In this document: positions 1 to 11,776 of the stretch, piece by piece | How the letters are laid out: each line of letters begins with the position of its first letter | How positions within the stretch are numbered: the first letter of the stretch is position 1 | Virus record (IMG/VR): IMGVR_UViG_3300045391_003766 | Span: 5,395 to 69,394 of that record | Reading direction: 5' to 3' (one strand) | DNA from: a virus | DNA: 64,000 nucleotides | Made by a program: the position numbers and the translations under genes | The notes under the pieces: generated by a model | What the model saw: the letters and a program-made list of their open reading frames with translations, nothing else | What the model was told of the DNA's origin: nothing | The model's database searches: none

Positions 1-2231
<2,231 letters not shown>

Positions 2232-2253
2232 TTCTGTGCTATACTGATAGCCG

Positions 2254-3384
2254 ATGAAACCAACATTGCATCTGCTCGGCATTCCGCACACACTTTCGTT
2301 TTCCGAGAGGTATTCTCACTGTGCCTTCACGACGAAGGTGAATCGATTTGTCCCGATGATGACGCGCGCCGGATACCGTGTCGTCCACTATGGGAACACG
2401 GACATCAGCACAGGGCTGCACGGCACGTCCGGGGGAACGTTCGCCAACGTCCAGATTTTCTCTTCCGAACAACTGGAAAAATATACAGGTCCGTATGATC
2501 CGGCCAGCCCGAAATTGATCGGCAGTCTTGCAGATGTCAACAGCGTTTTATACTGCGACTTCAATCGGCGGCTGGCCAAAGAACTTGACTCGAATGTGCA
2601 GCCCAATGACATCCTTTGTTTTCCGTTTGGAACTGCGCACTGGAGAGCCCTTGGAGAGAGCCGTCAGGCGGGGAAAGCTTATTGGGTAGAGACCGGCATC
2701 GGATATGAAGAAACCTTCACTTCTTTTCGGGTGTTCGAGTCGTCCGCGTGGATGCACTACCACTACGGGAAAAAGAAACAAATTTTAGACGACAACCGGG
2801 GGAGCGATTATAATTGGGTGATACCAAATTATTTCGATCTTTCCGAGTGGAAGTTGAACATCAATCCCGGTAAATACGTCCTCTATTACGGACGCATTGG
2901 CGAACACAAAGGAATGTCCATCGTCAAGGAGATTGCGCTTCGTAGGCCCGATCTGAAGTTCGTTGTGTGCGGGCAAGGAGACGCGACTCCGTTTTTAACT
3001 CCGAACATGGAAGTTCGCCCGCCCGTGCATGGCGCGGCCCGGAGCGATCTACTCGGTGACGCAATAGTGGTGCTTTGCCCCTCACGCTACGTCGAACCCT
3101 TCGGTGGCGTCGCGGTGGAGGCCATGCTGTGCGGGCGTCCAGTGCTCGCGTCCGTGTTCGGCGCGTTCGAGGAAACATTGCCCTCGGCATATTGTCGCCG
3201 GTGCCGCACGCTCAAGGACTGGTTAGACGGCCTGAGAATCTTGTCAGATCACTCACCTATTTTCTCAAAGAAAATTCGGATGCACGCGGAAAAATTTGAC
3301 ATGCATAAACTAGCGAAGAAATACGATGCCGTCTTTCAGCAGATTTCAGATTTGACACGCGGCGGCTGGTATGCGAATGTGTAG
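2254..3384 (+). CDS. Glycosyltransferase, GT-B fold, GT4-like
   Basis: YYGRIGEHKG and the EX7E signature EPFGGVAVEAMLCGRPVL. Confidence 0.9.
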   Translation: MKPTLHLLGIPHTLSFSERYSHCAFTTKVNRFVPMMTRAGYRVVHYGNTDISTGLHGTSGGTFANVQIFSSEQLEKYTGPYDPASPKLIGSLADVNSVLYCDFNRRLAKELDSNVQPNDILCFPFGTAHWRALGESRQAGKAYWVETGIGYEETFTSFRVFESSAWMHYHYGKKKQILDDNRGSDYNWVIPNYFDLSEWKLNINPGKYVLYYGRIGEHKGMSIVKEIALRRPDLKFVVCGQGDATPFLTPNMEVRPPVHGAARSDLLGDAIVVLCPSRYVEPFGGVAVEAMLCGRPVLASVFGAFEETLPSAYCRRCRTLKDWLDGLRILSDHSPIFSKKIRMHAEKFDMHKLAKKYDAVFQQISDLTRGGWYANV

Positions 3385-3386
3385 CC

Positions 3387-4106
3387 ATGAAAGTTTACGG
3401 ATACATTCGAGTCAGCGGGCGAGGTCAGACCGAAGGCGACGGCCCGGAGCGCCAAAAACAGGCGATTGAAAAATTCTGTCAAGCCCAAGGGCTCTCGATA
3501 GACGAATTTTTTTTCGAGCAGATCACCGGCACAAGCGATGCGATGGAGCGACCTAAATTCTCTGCCATGTTGGAGAGTTTTGATGCGCCAGTGCTCGATG
3601 GCCTCGGACGAGTGGATGACACCTGTCCAAAGGTTTTAGTTGTCGAACGCATGGACCGCCTCGCGCGCGACCTCATGGTTTCGGAAATGCTTTTGCGAGA
3701 GTGTCGCCAGCGCGGTATCGAAGTTTTTTCCAGCGATCAGGGCGACTGCACCAACATGGCCAGCGACGGCGGCGATCCTACGCGCGTGCTCATCCGGCAG
3801 ATCATGGGTGCGCTCGCGCAGTGGGAGAAGTCAAACCTCGTCAAGAAACTTTATGCTGCCCGCAAACGCAAGAAGGAAAAGACTGGCCGGTGCGAAGGCT
3901 ATCGTCCGCTCAACGAATGCGCAGGCGGGCAAGAAGTCATAAATCTCATTCACAATCTTTATCGTCCGGGCGAGCGCACCGCGTTACGCATCAAAGAAAT
4001 CGCGCGGCTCTTGAACGAAGACGGCTGGAAGACCCGGCGCGGCAAACAGTGGACTGAATTTTCGGTTCTCTACGTCATCAAAAATCACAAACCAACAAAC
4101 CAATGA
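3387..4106 (+). CDS. Serine recombinase (resolvase family) with short C-terminal recombinase-type DNA-binding segment
   Basis: YGYIRVS catalytic-Ser motif, VVERMDRLARD, and IARLLNEDGWKTRRGKQWT. Confidence 0.9.
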   Translation: MKVYGYIRVSGRGQTEGDGPERQKQAIEKFCQAQGLSIDEFFFEQITGTSDAMERPKFSAMLESFDAPVLDGLGRVDDTCPKVLVVERMDRLARDLMVSEMLLRECRQRGIEVFSSDQGDCTNMASDGGDPTRVLIRQIMGALAQWEKSNLVKKLYAARKRKKEKTGRCEGYRPLNECAGGQEVINLIHNLYRPGERTALRIKEIARLLNEDGWKTRRGKQWTEFSVLYVIKNHKPTNQ

Positions 4107-4285
4107 ACTTAGCCTACACCTGTTATCTCAAACAAAAAGGCACGCCGCCCACTATGAACGCCGTGGAGGACGCCTGCCGGAAACATAAAGAGGATTGTCA
4201 GCTTCGCCTCGCGCGAATCCAGAACGGCACGCACCCGGATTACCAGAACGGCCATCCCAAGGATGCAGAAAAAGGTCGAAAATAA
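4103..4285 (+). CDS. Hypothetical protein
   Basis: 60-aa ORF overlapping the recombinase stop codon. Confidence 0.5.
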   Translation: MNLAYTCYLKQKGTPPTMNAVEDACRKHKEDCQLRLARIQNGTHPDYQNGHPKDAEKGRK

Positions 4286-4310
4286 AGTTGCAGTCGCTAC
4301 AAAAGTGTGG

Positions 4311-4320
4311 CACTGTTTAC
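4311..4320 (+). promoter_or_regulatory. Late motif CACTGTTTAC
   Basis: Exact copy, 4 nt before ATG 4325. Confidence 0.6.
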
Positions 4321-4324
4321 TCGA

Positions 4325-4387
4325 ATGCAGATTGAACAGCAATACCGTTCAACACGGAGCCGAAAGGAGAACGATATGTGTAATTAA
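4325..4387 (+). CDS. Possible 20-aa leader peptide (MQIEQQYRSTRSRKENDMCN)
   Basis: ATG 4 nt after the late motif. Contains AAGGAG-6 nt-ATG TGT AAT TAA in the same frame. Confidence 0.3.
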   Translation: MQIEQQYRSTRSRKENDMCN

Positions 4388-4427
4388 ACCTCTGACCATT
4401 GTTGATCAAAAATCTTAATTGTTACTG

Positions 4428-4459
4428 TCACCCCATCCTGTCGATGGGGTGATTTTTTT
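4428..4459 (+). terminator. Rho-independent terminator
   Basis: TCACCCCATC-ctgtc-GATGGGGTGA, a 10-bp stem followed by T7. Confidence 0.8.
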
Positions 4460-4496
4460 ATGTCTTTTAGAGCATCGGGGGCTGCACTACTTGGTA

Positions 4497-5000
4497 GTGA
4501 AAGTATTCACCTACTACGACTCGACACCGACCGCGCCCCCGAATCAGGCCGAACTGATCCGCGTTTGGGCGCATAGTTGGGAAGCGCAAGGCTGGACTCC
4601 CCGGCTTTTAACCGTCCGGCACGCAAGAGCGTCCCGTCTTGGCAGCGTATGCGCCAAGCTGTCCTGCGATTGGATTGCGGCGCTCGAATACCACGGCGGC
4701 GGGTTCTTTTGTTCGCCCAACATCATCAATTTTTCTTTTCCCGGCAAAGAGGCGTTTCTACGAGCGCCGAAGCGGGATGCTCGATTTTTCAGCGCCGGAG
4801 AATTCATCGGCCTTGCGTGGATTCCGCGTGGAGACATCGACCGGGTGGTGAATCGCGGGCCGTCGTCTGTCCAAACATGGCCCGGCATTTGCACACATCA
4901 CCGAGAGCCGGGCTGGGAGACCTCGAAGCTGGTGCATTTCGATTCGGACTTCACGTTGCAACAAATCCTCGACTGCGGGCGGCGAATTTCCTTATGCTGA
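4497..5000 (+). CDS. GT-A-like protein, paralog of 14277..14948, DxD motif absent
   Basis: VFTYY...LIRVWAHSWEAQGWTPRLL matches VYTYY...LIKVWARSWRKHGWNPVVL. GTG start at 4497 inferred from this alignment. Confidence 0.6.
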   Translation: MKVFTYYDSTPTAPPNQAELIRVWAHSWEAQGWTPRLLTVRHARASRLGSVCAKLSCDWIAALEYHGGGFFCSPNIINFSFPGKEAFLRAPKRDARFFSAGEFIGLAWIPRGDIDRVVNRGPSSVQTWPGICTHHREPGWETSKLVHFDSDFTLQQILDCGRRISLC

Positions 5001-6931
5001 CGGGCGGATACAAAGACCTCGCGATTGAGTCCTCCCGGCTGATCCATCTGGGCGACCGGGCCGGAGCCGCCGAAACAATTAACCGCTGCCTCGGCCTCGG
5101 CGTGAAGGGCGACTTTGACAGGCCCGACAAACACATGCCGGTGATCCAGACCTTCCTCCACTACATGCTTAATGAGAACGGCATGGAAGAAGCCGCCGCG
5201 ATGCTGTGGACGCCCACGCAATTTACCTCGGAGCCCCAATATACTAAAGACCTCTGGAAGCTGTTTGATGAGACCAACGCGGGGTTGATCATGGGTGCAG
5301 CATCGTGCTCGAAATCCTATGGCATCGGCGTCCGGCTGTTTCTCGAATGGATTCGCGATCCTGAATACACAACCATCAAGGTGATCGGCCCAAGTGAAGA
5401 GCATCTTGAGCAGAATTTATTTTCGCACTTGGTCAGTCTTCACAACAGCGCCACGCTCCCCATGCCCGGCGAAGTCGGAGAACTTTTCATCGGCCTCGAC
5501 CGGCGAGACATGGTGTCGTCTATCAAGGGTGTCATCATCCCCGTGGGGAAAGTCAAAAAGGCCGGACGGTTGCAGGGCGCGAAACGGAAGCCGCGCATCA
5601 AACCGCATCCGATCTTCGGCCCGCTCTCGCGCATGTTCGTGTTCATCGATGAAATTGAAAACGTGCCGGGCGGGCTATGGTCCGACATCGACAACGTGTT
5701 CTCGAACATTGGCGATGACGTTCACGGCCTAAAGATTTTCGGCGCATACAACCCCACCAACATGAGCGACGAAGTGGGCAAGCGCGCGGAGCCGCTTTTT
5801 GGTTGGGAAAACTTCGATCCCGACAAACACTTTCGATGGAAGTCGAAGCGTGGATGGGAAGTTCTCCGGCTCGACGGGGAGAAATCGGAAAACGTCGTTC
5901 AGGGTAAAGTTATATTTCCGGGATTGCAAACGCGCGCGGGCCTCGAACAGATTGCGCGCAACGCGGGCGGGAGAAACTCGCCGGGATATTTTTCGATGGG
6001 TCGCGGCGCGTATCCTCCGCAGGGCATCGAACTGACCGTCATTCCTCCGGCCATGTTCTACAAAATGCGCGGAGAGTTTATCTGGTATGAAGCGCCGCAG
6101 CCAACGTCCGGGTGCGACGTGGCGCTTGAAGGCGGAGACGCGGCCAGCTATTCGTTGGGCCGGTGTGGTTGGGCAACCGGAATGAAGCTGCCGCCGTCGA
6201 TTGATTTTCCGAATGGCCGGACGGTGATGTTCAAGTCCCCGAAGGGCCGCGTGGTGCCGCGCTGGGGCGTGCAGCTTGATCAACAATTTTCGTTGGAGAA
6301 GGGGGACACGCCTCACATGAAAAACGGTGTGCTTAATGTCACGAAGCGCGCCGGGGTGAAGCCGGAATATTTTGCAATCGACCGAACGGGCGTCGGCGCG
6401 GGTGTGGCGGATTTGATCAAGGACGAATGGTCTCGTGCGATCCACGACATTAACTATTCTCAAGCCCCAAGCACGGACAAAATAATGACCGAGGACTCCA
6501 TGACGTGCGATCAAGAGTATGATCGAATTTGCTCGGAATTGTGGTTTATGACACGCGCATATGCGGAGTTTGGCTATCTGCTCATCGCGCCATCGGTGGA
6601 CATCGCGGAGTTGTCGCAGCAGGTGACGCAGCGCCGATACCGGGCCGCAGGAAAAACGAAGAAGGTGGAAGCCAAGCGAGATTATATGTCGCGCGGTTAC
6701 AAATCACCGAATGAAGCAGATTCGCTCACGCTCATGATCTACGCGGCGCGCAAAGGCTCCGGCATCACTCCAAGTATGACGGGCGAGTCGGTGCGCGGGC
6801 CGGACAACGACGGCGGGCTCGACGATGATTGGTGGACTTCCCGGTATCCGGGCGGCGTCATCATCGATCCGACCAACCGGGCCGACGTTCTTGACGAGAG
6901 TGCCTCTGAGGATCACTTTTTATCGACATGA
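4994..6931 (+). CDS. terL: Terminase large subunit
   Basis: Divergent Walker A GAASCSKS, Walker B FVFIDEIE, and RNase H-like nuclease motifs GCDVALEGGD, FAIDRTGVG, SPNEADSL. Start placed at ATG 4994. Confidence 0.85.
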   Translation: MLTGGYKDLAIESSRLIHLGDRAGAAETINRCLGLGVKGDFDRPDKHMPVIQTFLHYMLNENGMEEAAAMLWTPTQFTSEPQYTKDLWKLFDETNAGLIMGAASCSKSYGIGVRLFLEWIRDPEYTTIKVIGPSEEHLEQNLFSHLVSLHNSATLPMPGEVGELFIGLDRRDMVSSIKGVIIPVGKVKKAGRLQGAKRKPRIKPHPIFGPLSRMFVFIDEIENVPGGLWSDIDNVFSNIGDDVHGLKIFGAYNPTNMSDEVGKRAEPLFGWENFDPDKHFRWKSKRGWEVLRLDGEKSENVVQGKVIFPGLQTRAGLEQIARNAGGRNSPGYFSMGRGAYPPQGIELTVIPPAMFYKMRGEFIWYEAPQPTSGCDVALEGGDAASYSLGRCGWATGMKLPPSIDFPNGRTVMFKSPKGRVVPRWGVQLDQQFSLEKGDTPHMKNGVLNVTKRAGVKPEYFAIDRTGVGAGVADLIKDEWSRAIHDINYSQAPSTDKIMTEDSMTCDQEYDRICSELWFMTRAYAEFGYLLIAPSVDIAELSQQVTQRRYRAAGKTKKVEAKRDYMSRGYKSPNEADSLTLMIYAARKGSGITPSMTGESVRGPDNDGGLDDDWWTSRYPGGVIIDPTNRADVLDESASEDHFLST

Positions 6932-7500
6932 AGATCAACGTCAATCTTTATCCCAAGGAGGGATTTTTTTTCAAGGACGCAGACGGCGTGATTCACCGCG
7001 CGAGTAGCTGGAAGGGGGTAATTTCAAGACTCACGAATTATCGTTCGCGTAGCGGCATGGCTCCGGGCGATCCCGAATCCGAAGTGATGGCGCAGGCGTG
7101 CGCGCGTAACCCGGCTCTTTGTTGTCAACCGAATCCCGAACGCGACTACAAACTCAAGCTGGCTTCATTGAAGGGAAAGGTTTTGTCGTGGCTTTCTGCT
7201 ATCGCACGCGAGAAGGCGAAGGAGCCGCTTCAATTCGTCCGTGAGTCCGAAGCGGCAGAACGTCGAAACGTCTGTGCGACTTGCCCCAACAATCAACCGC
7301 TGGCGGAAGGCTGCTCAGCATGCAAGGCCGCAGTGCGCGAAATGCGCCGGGGACTTCTTGGCCAGAGGCCGATTTATGAAACGCTCAACGGATGCTTGGC
7401 TCTCGGCCAAGATAATGCTGTGGCGGTTCATCTGAACGAGCAGCGTGTGGAAAACCCGGAACTTCCGCAGCATTGCTGGAAGAAAAGAGGTGGCGCATGA
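6928..7500 (+). CDS. Cys-rich hypothetical protein
   Basis: CATCPNN, CSACK and GCLALG; coupled to the terL stop. Confidence 0.55.
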   Translation: MKINVNLYPKEGFFFKDADGVIHRASSWKGVISRLTNYRSRSGMAPGDPESEVMAQACARNPALCCQPNPERDYKLKLASLKGKVLSWLSAIAREKAKEPLQFVRESEAAERRNVCATCPNNQPLAEGCSACKAAVREMRRGLLGQRPIYETLNGCLALGQDNAVAVHLNEQRVENPELPQHCWKKRGGA

Positions 7501-7760
7501 AAATTAAGAAATCCGTTACCTATCGATTTAATTGCCCGGCTTGTGGCAACGCTCATGTGTTCAACGACTCGTGGACGGTGGAAGGCTCGCCGGACAAGCC
7601 CACAGTTAAACCGTCAATAAGAGTTACAGGATGGCACGAAACTCATGGCGGCAGAGACTACGTTTGCCATGTAAATATAAAGGAAGGAATGATTCATTTT
7701 GAGGACGATTGCACGCACCCGTTTAAAGGACAAACCGTCCCGCTTCCAGAACTTATATGA
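7497..7760 (+). CDS. DUF6527-like metal-binding protein
   Basis: CPACGNAH...PTVKPSI...CH...DCTHPFKGQTVPL pattern recognised from memory. Confidence 0.6.
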   Translation: MKIKKSVTYRFNCPACGNAHVFNDSWTVEGSPDKPTVKPSIRVTGWHETHGGRDYVCHVNIKEGMIHFEDDCTHPFKGQTVPLPELI

Positions 7761-8014
7761 AAATTCCCAATCCTTTTCGATTCGCGGTGTCCATGCTGAT
7801 CATGGTATGGTGGAAGCTGCGCGGGTATGAAGTGCTGGCCACGGAAGAAAATTTCACTGACCGGACGTTCAAGTGTCTTTCGTGTCCGTTCTATGACGAG
7901 ATTTTCGGGCAGTGCAAAGTTTGCTCGTGTTTTATCGGCGCGAAAGCCCGGCTGAATCACGAGAAGTGTCCCAAGAATCGATGGGGTCGCCTTTACATTA
8001 AGCGCCCGGTCTAA
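7757..8014 (+). CDS. Cys-rich small protein (DUF6171-like)
   Basis: CLSCP...CKVCSCFIGAKARL...KCPKNRW. Confidence 0.55.
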   Translation: MKIPNPFRFAVSMLIMVWWKLRGYEVLATEENFTDRTFKCLSCPFYDEIFGQCKVCSCFIGAKARLNHEKCPKNRWGRLYIKRPV

Positions 8015-8024
8015 CACTGTTTAC
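8015..8024 (+). promoter_or_regulatory. Late motif CACTGTTTAC
   Basis: Exact copy, 2 nt before the portal ATG at 8027. Confidence 0.7.
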
Positions 8025-8026
8025 CG

Positions 8027-10126
8027 ATGCCGGACATCAGCTACGCTACTACTCCCTCTTCGGTGAGCAATAAATGGAACGCCACAGGCGGTATCATTCA
8101 GTCACCGATGGTCAATGACCAAGGCACGCCGACTCAGAAATCGATCCGCGATGTCACGATGGCCCAAGAAATTGTCAAGCTGGTCGTGCAGGCAAATAAG
8201 AACCGCAACATCGTCAATGCTCGCATTCTGGCGAAGTATAATGCAGAGCGTCCCTATGACGCCGGGAAACTTGAACAAGAGGGTCTCGGCTGGCGGCAGA
8301 ATTTCACGACGAAGCCTCTTCCGTTGATGATCGAGAAAGTCGCTCCCCGATTTGTCGAAGCGGTGCAAGGTTTGAAGTATTTGACGAACGCGACGCTCTC
8401 GGACAAGTGGCAGAACGCCACCGGCAAGACCGAAAAATTTCGCAAGATAATCACCGACACGATCCGGGGCCGCAAGGGCTGGCGCACGTTGATCGAAGAC
8501 ATCGCGTTTGACAATGCGCTGTTCGGGCATACAGTCGTCGCGTGGCTCGATGAATTTACGTGGTTCCCCTCGCACTTCCAGATGGATGCAAACTTTCTGC
8601 CGGACGGAGTGAAGCAGACGGTTTCGTATTGTCAGGTCGCGGTGCTAAAAGAGATTTTTCTTCCCCACGAACTTTTCGACATGATCAAGGACCGCGAGGC
8701 GGCGAAACTGGCCGGATGGAATATCCCCGCCGTGATCGAGCAGATCAATAAGGCTTCTCCTGCGCAGCTTCGTGACCGGCTTAACGTCGGCGGCACTCTC
8801 GAAACATGGTATCAGAACGCCTATCGCGAGTTGGTCCTCGGCGTGTCCTACATGGCCGGGGCGAGCGTTATAGTGGTTTACAACCTGCTCGCGCGCGAAG
8901 TCACCGGCAAGGTCTCGCACTACCGGCTCGCGGGGACCGAGAACGCAGAAATTTTTTCAAGGGACGACCGCTTTGAAAGCATGGAGTCGTGCATGTCCTT
9001 CTTCGCCTTTCAAAAAGGAAACAGCACGATGCACGGAAGCAAGGGCGTGGGCCGCGACATCTACGAACTGGCCGGGATGCTCGACCGGACACGCAATGAA
9101 ATTGTTGACCGCTCGATTCTCTCCGGCAAAACTGTGGTGCAGGGCGACATTAAGCGGCTACACACGTTCAAGATGTCCATCATCGGCTCGACGGTGATCT
9201 TCCCGAACGGCTGGGAGATTTTGGAACAGAAGATCGATGGCAATATCGAGCCGTTCCTGAAACTGGACGCCTATTTTTCGATGCTCGTTGATCAACTTAT
9301 CGGCTCGACCTCGCCCCCGGCGCAGTTGCTCCAAGGCGAACGGAAGTCTCCGGCACTGATCGATCTTTTCGCATCTCGCGAAGAGGAAGCCCGCGATGTT
9401 CGTATCACCCGTTTTCTTGAGCAGTTCACGGACATGGCAGCGACGATGCAACGGCGGATTTGCGATCCCAATACTTCGGACGACGATGCTAAAGCGGCGC
9501 AAAAGGAATTGCTAAACTTTATGACTCGCGAGGAACTCGATGAACTGGCCAAACAACCAGTGGCGAGCACCGTTCGCGATTTGACCCCGCAACAGCGACA
9601 GTTGATTGTTTCCGTCGCTAACGAGAAGAAGGGGAACCCGCTTTACAATCAGCGCGCTCTCGAAGTCGAAGACCTTACGGCGCGCATCGGAATGGACTTT
9701 GCAAACAAAGTTTTGATTGCGGATAACGATCCGACCGAACAAGCTGAACAGCAAAGACAGCAACAGATAGAGATGGCTTTGCTCTCGCTCGGCCAGCCGG
9801 TGCCGGTTTCGCCGCGCGACAATCACGAAATTCATTTGAGTGTCGTGTTGCCCGCCGCCGAACAGATGGCGCAGCATTTGATGGACGGCAAGACGGACAC
9901 GAACGCTTTTGAGGCGATCCTCGCTCATCTAACTGAGCACTATAACCAAGCTTTACAGCACGGCGTCCCGAAGGAAAAACTCGCGGAGGTTGCACAGGTC
10001 GTCAAGAATGCAGGCCCGGCGCTCGCGAAGTTGAAGCAGCTTGATCAACAGGCGGCGGCGCTTGCGCAGCAGTCGCAGGCCCACGATGCCGAAGCCCCCG
10101 AAATGTCACAGTCACCTAATCCCTAA
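8027..10126 (+). CDS. Portal protein (putative)
   Basis: 699-aa largely helical protein with a Gln-rich tail, between terminase and scaffold. Called from gene order and size. Confidence 0.7.
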   Translation: MPDISYATTPSSVSNKWNATGGIIQSPMVNDQGTPTQKSIRDVTMAQEIVKLVVQANKNRNIVNARILAKYNAERPYDAGKLEQEGLGWRQNFTTKPLPLMIEKVAPRFVEAVQGLKYLTNATLSDKWQNATGKTEKFRKIITDTIRGRKGWRTLIEDIAFDNALFGHTVVAWLDEFTWFPSHFQMDANFLPDGVKQTVSYCQVAVLKEIFLPHELFDMIKDREAAKLAGWNIPAVIEQINKASPAQLRDRLNVGGTLETWYQNAYRELVLGVSYMAGASVIVVYNLLAREVTGKVSHYRLAGTENAEIFSRDDRFESMESCMSFFAFQKGNSTMHGSKGVGRDIYELAGMLDRTRNEIVDRSILSGKTVVQGDIKRLHTFKMSIIGSTVIFPNGWEILEQKIDGNIEPFLKLDAYFSMLVDQLIGSTSPPAQLLQGERKSPALIDLFASREEEARDVRITRFLEQFTDMAATMQRRICDPNTSDDDAKAAQKELLNFMTREELDELAKQPVASTVRDLTPQQRQLIVSVANEKKGNPLYNQRALEVEDLTARIGMDFANKVLIADNDPTEQAEQQRQQQIEMALLSLGQPVPVSPRDNHEIHLSVVLPAAEQMAQHLMDGKTDTNAFEAILAHLTEHYNQALQHGVPKEKLAEVAQVVKNAGPALAKLKQLDQQAAALAQQSQAHDAEAPEMSQSPNP

Positions 10127-10138
10127 CGATGAACACCG

Positions 10139-10459
10139 ATGATTACCGCCGACTCTCTTGAATGGACCTCTGAGGACATCGCCATATGGCGTCAGTTTCT
10201 TCAGACCCGAACTGGTTCTCGATTGCTTCCCAAAGTTGCCGAAGCCGCGCCCGCGCTGCTCCCGCATGGCGATACCAACGCCATCTTGATTCGTTCCGGG
10301 GAACTTCGAGGCGTTCAGGAGGCGATCCGAACAATGCTTGCATTGACGCAAGAGGAGCCCGCGCCCGAAAAAGAAGTCACCGCGTATCCGGCGCTCGACG
10401 ACGATTCAGCTTGGAACGACAAGCAAAAGATTGATACTCAACCTGAACAGAATCCTTAA
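10139..10459 (+). CDS. Hypothetical head-module protein
   Basis: 106-aa ORF between portal and scaffold. Confidence 0.55.
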   Translation: MITADSLEWTSEDIAIWRQFLQTRTGSRLLPKVAEAAPALLPHGDTNAILIRSGELRGVQEAIRTMLALTQEEPAPEKEVTAYPALDDDSAWNDKQKIDTQPEQNP

Positions 10460-10462
10460 CCT

Positions 10463-11776
10463 ATGCCCACTCCAAATACACCTACCGACCCGGCACAGAA
10501 CAACGCGGACGTTGCGAAAAAACTGGCCGACCAAGACCAATCTCTAAAGCCGTCTCCGCCAGCGGAGTTGCAGGCTACCGACGCCGCGCTCGATGCGCTC
10601 GCGAAGGAGGCCGAAGCGAAAGCAAAGGAAGCCGCTGCCGCGCCGGAGCCGAAGGCCGATGCGCCACCTGTAACGCCTGACCCAGCCAAGCCAGACGCGC
10701 CTGTTACTCCCGTCGCCCCAGTCGAAGACCCGGCCAAGAAGCGCGCGGAGGAACTTTTCAAGGACTCGCCCAGCCTTCCGACGAATGCGAGCCCTCGGTC
10801 GTCCGAAGCGTTTTCGGCGGTCAAGATCAAAGCTGCACAAGAAGTCAGCAAGCTTGAATCCGCGCTCGCGGAGAGAGACAAAAAGCTGGCTGAAATGGAA
10901 GCCAAACTCAAAGACCCCGTTCCCCCGGAGTTGGCCAAGGAAGTCGAAGACCTCCGGCAGTTCCGCGCCCGGCTCGACGTGGAGGCCGATCCCAAGTTCA
11001 AGGAATTTGACAAGTCCATCGCGCAGACGCAGGAGTTTATTTACGACCAGCTTCGCAAGAACCCCGCGATCACCGAGGACACAATCGCCGCGATCAAGAA
11101 ATACGGCGGGCCGGAGAACGTGAACCTTGACAAAGTTTTCGAGGCCGCGAAAGACCCGGCGCTAAAGCGTATCGTCGATTCTGCGATCACGGACATCGAA
11201 AAGGCGAAGTTCAACAAGGCCGAAGCGATCAAGTCCGTCAAAGCGAACATCGATCAATACATCCAAGAGCGTCAGAAGGCCAACGAGAAATCGGCCACGA
11301 TGCACACGGAGGCTACCAAGCAGGAACTCAACAAAATCATTCCCAAACTGGAATGGCTACAGCCGAAGGCCATCGACGAGAAAGCCGACGCTGAAACTAA
11401 GAAATCGTTGGAGGCCCACAACAGTTTCGTTTCGGAAACGAACAAATCTTTGGAGTCGGCGCTTCACGACGATTCTCCTGAGATGCGCGCCATCATGCTG
11501 ACCGGCATGGCCCAGCTTCTTTATTTGCAGCGGGTCCACGAAGCGGCTCTCGCCAAGAGCGCGGCTCTCGAAAAACAGGTTGGCGAATTGACCAAACAGA
11601 TCGACGGTTACAAGAAGGCCAGCACGAGCCGTCTTCGCGAGAGCGGAGCGCCGCCTACTCCTTCGTCTGTTCCCGGAGTCAAGCCAATCGATCCGTTCAA
11701 CACGCGCGCCGTGGATGCCCTCGACCGCATTCGCGATCAGGTGGTGGAAGCGCATACTAAAGCTGCCGGTCAATGA
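10463..11776 (+). CDS. Capsid scaffolding protein (putative)
   Basis: Pro/Ala-rich N-terminus and long charged coiled coil; position after the portal. Confidence 0.6.
   Translation: MPTPNTPTDPAQNNADVAKKLADQDQSLKPSPPAELQATDAALDALAKEAEAKAKEAAAAPEPKADAPPVTPDPAKPDAPVTPVAPVEDPAKKRAEELFKDSPSLPTNASPRSSEAFSAVKIKAAQEVSKLESALAERDKKLAEMEAKLKDPVPPELAKEVEDLRQFRARLDVEADPKFKEFDKSIAQTQEFIYDQLRKNPAITEDTIAAIKKYGGPENVNLDKVFEAAKDPALKRIVDSAITDIEKAKFNKAEAIKSVKANIDQYIQERQKANEKSATMHTEATKQELNKIIPKLEWLQPKAIDEKADAETKKSLEAHNSFVSETNKSLESALHDDSPEMRAIMLTGMAQLLYLQRVHEAALAKSAALEKQVGELTKQIDGYKKASTSRLRESGAPPTPSSVPGVKPIDPFNTRAVDALDRIRDQVVEAHTKAAGQ

Noticed and set aside
3387-4106. Gin/Cin-type tail-fibre inversion system
   Set aside because: No inverted crossover repeats and no oppositely oriented alternative fibre tip were found; all fibre genes are on one strand. 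The sequence left of the window is unseen.
4577-4993. 139-aa N-terminal extension of the terminase in the ORF track
   Set aside because: It overlaps the GT-like gene in another frame and looks non-coding; ATG 4994 near the upstream stop is the better start.
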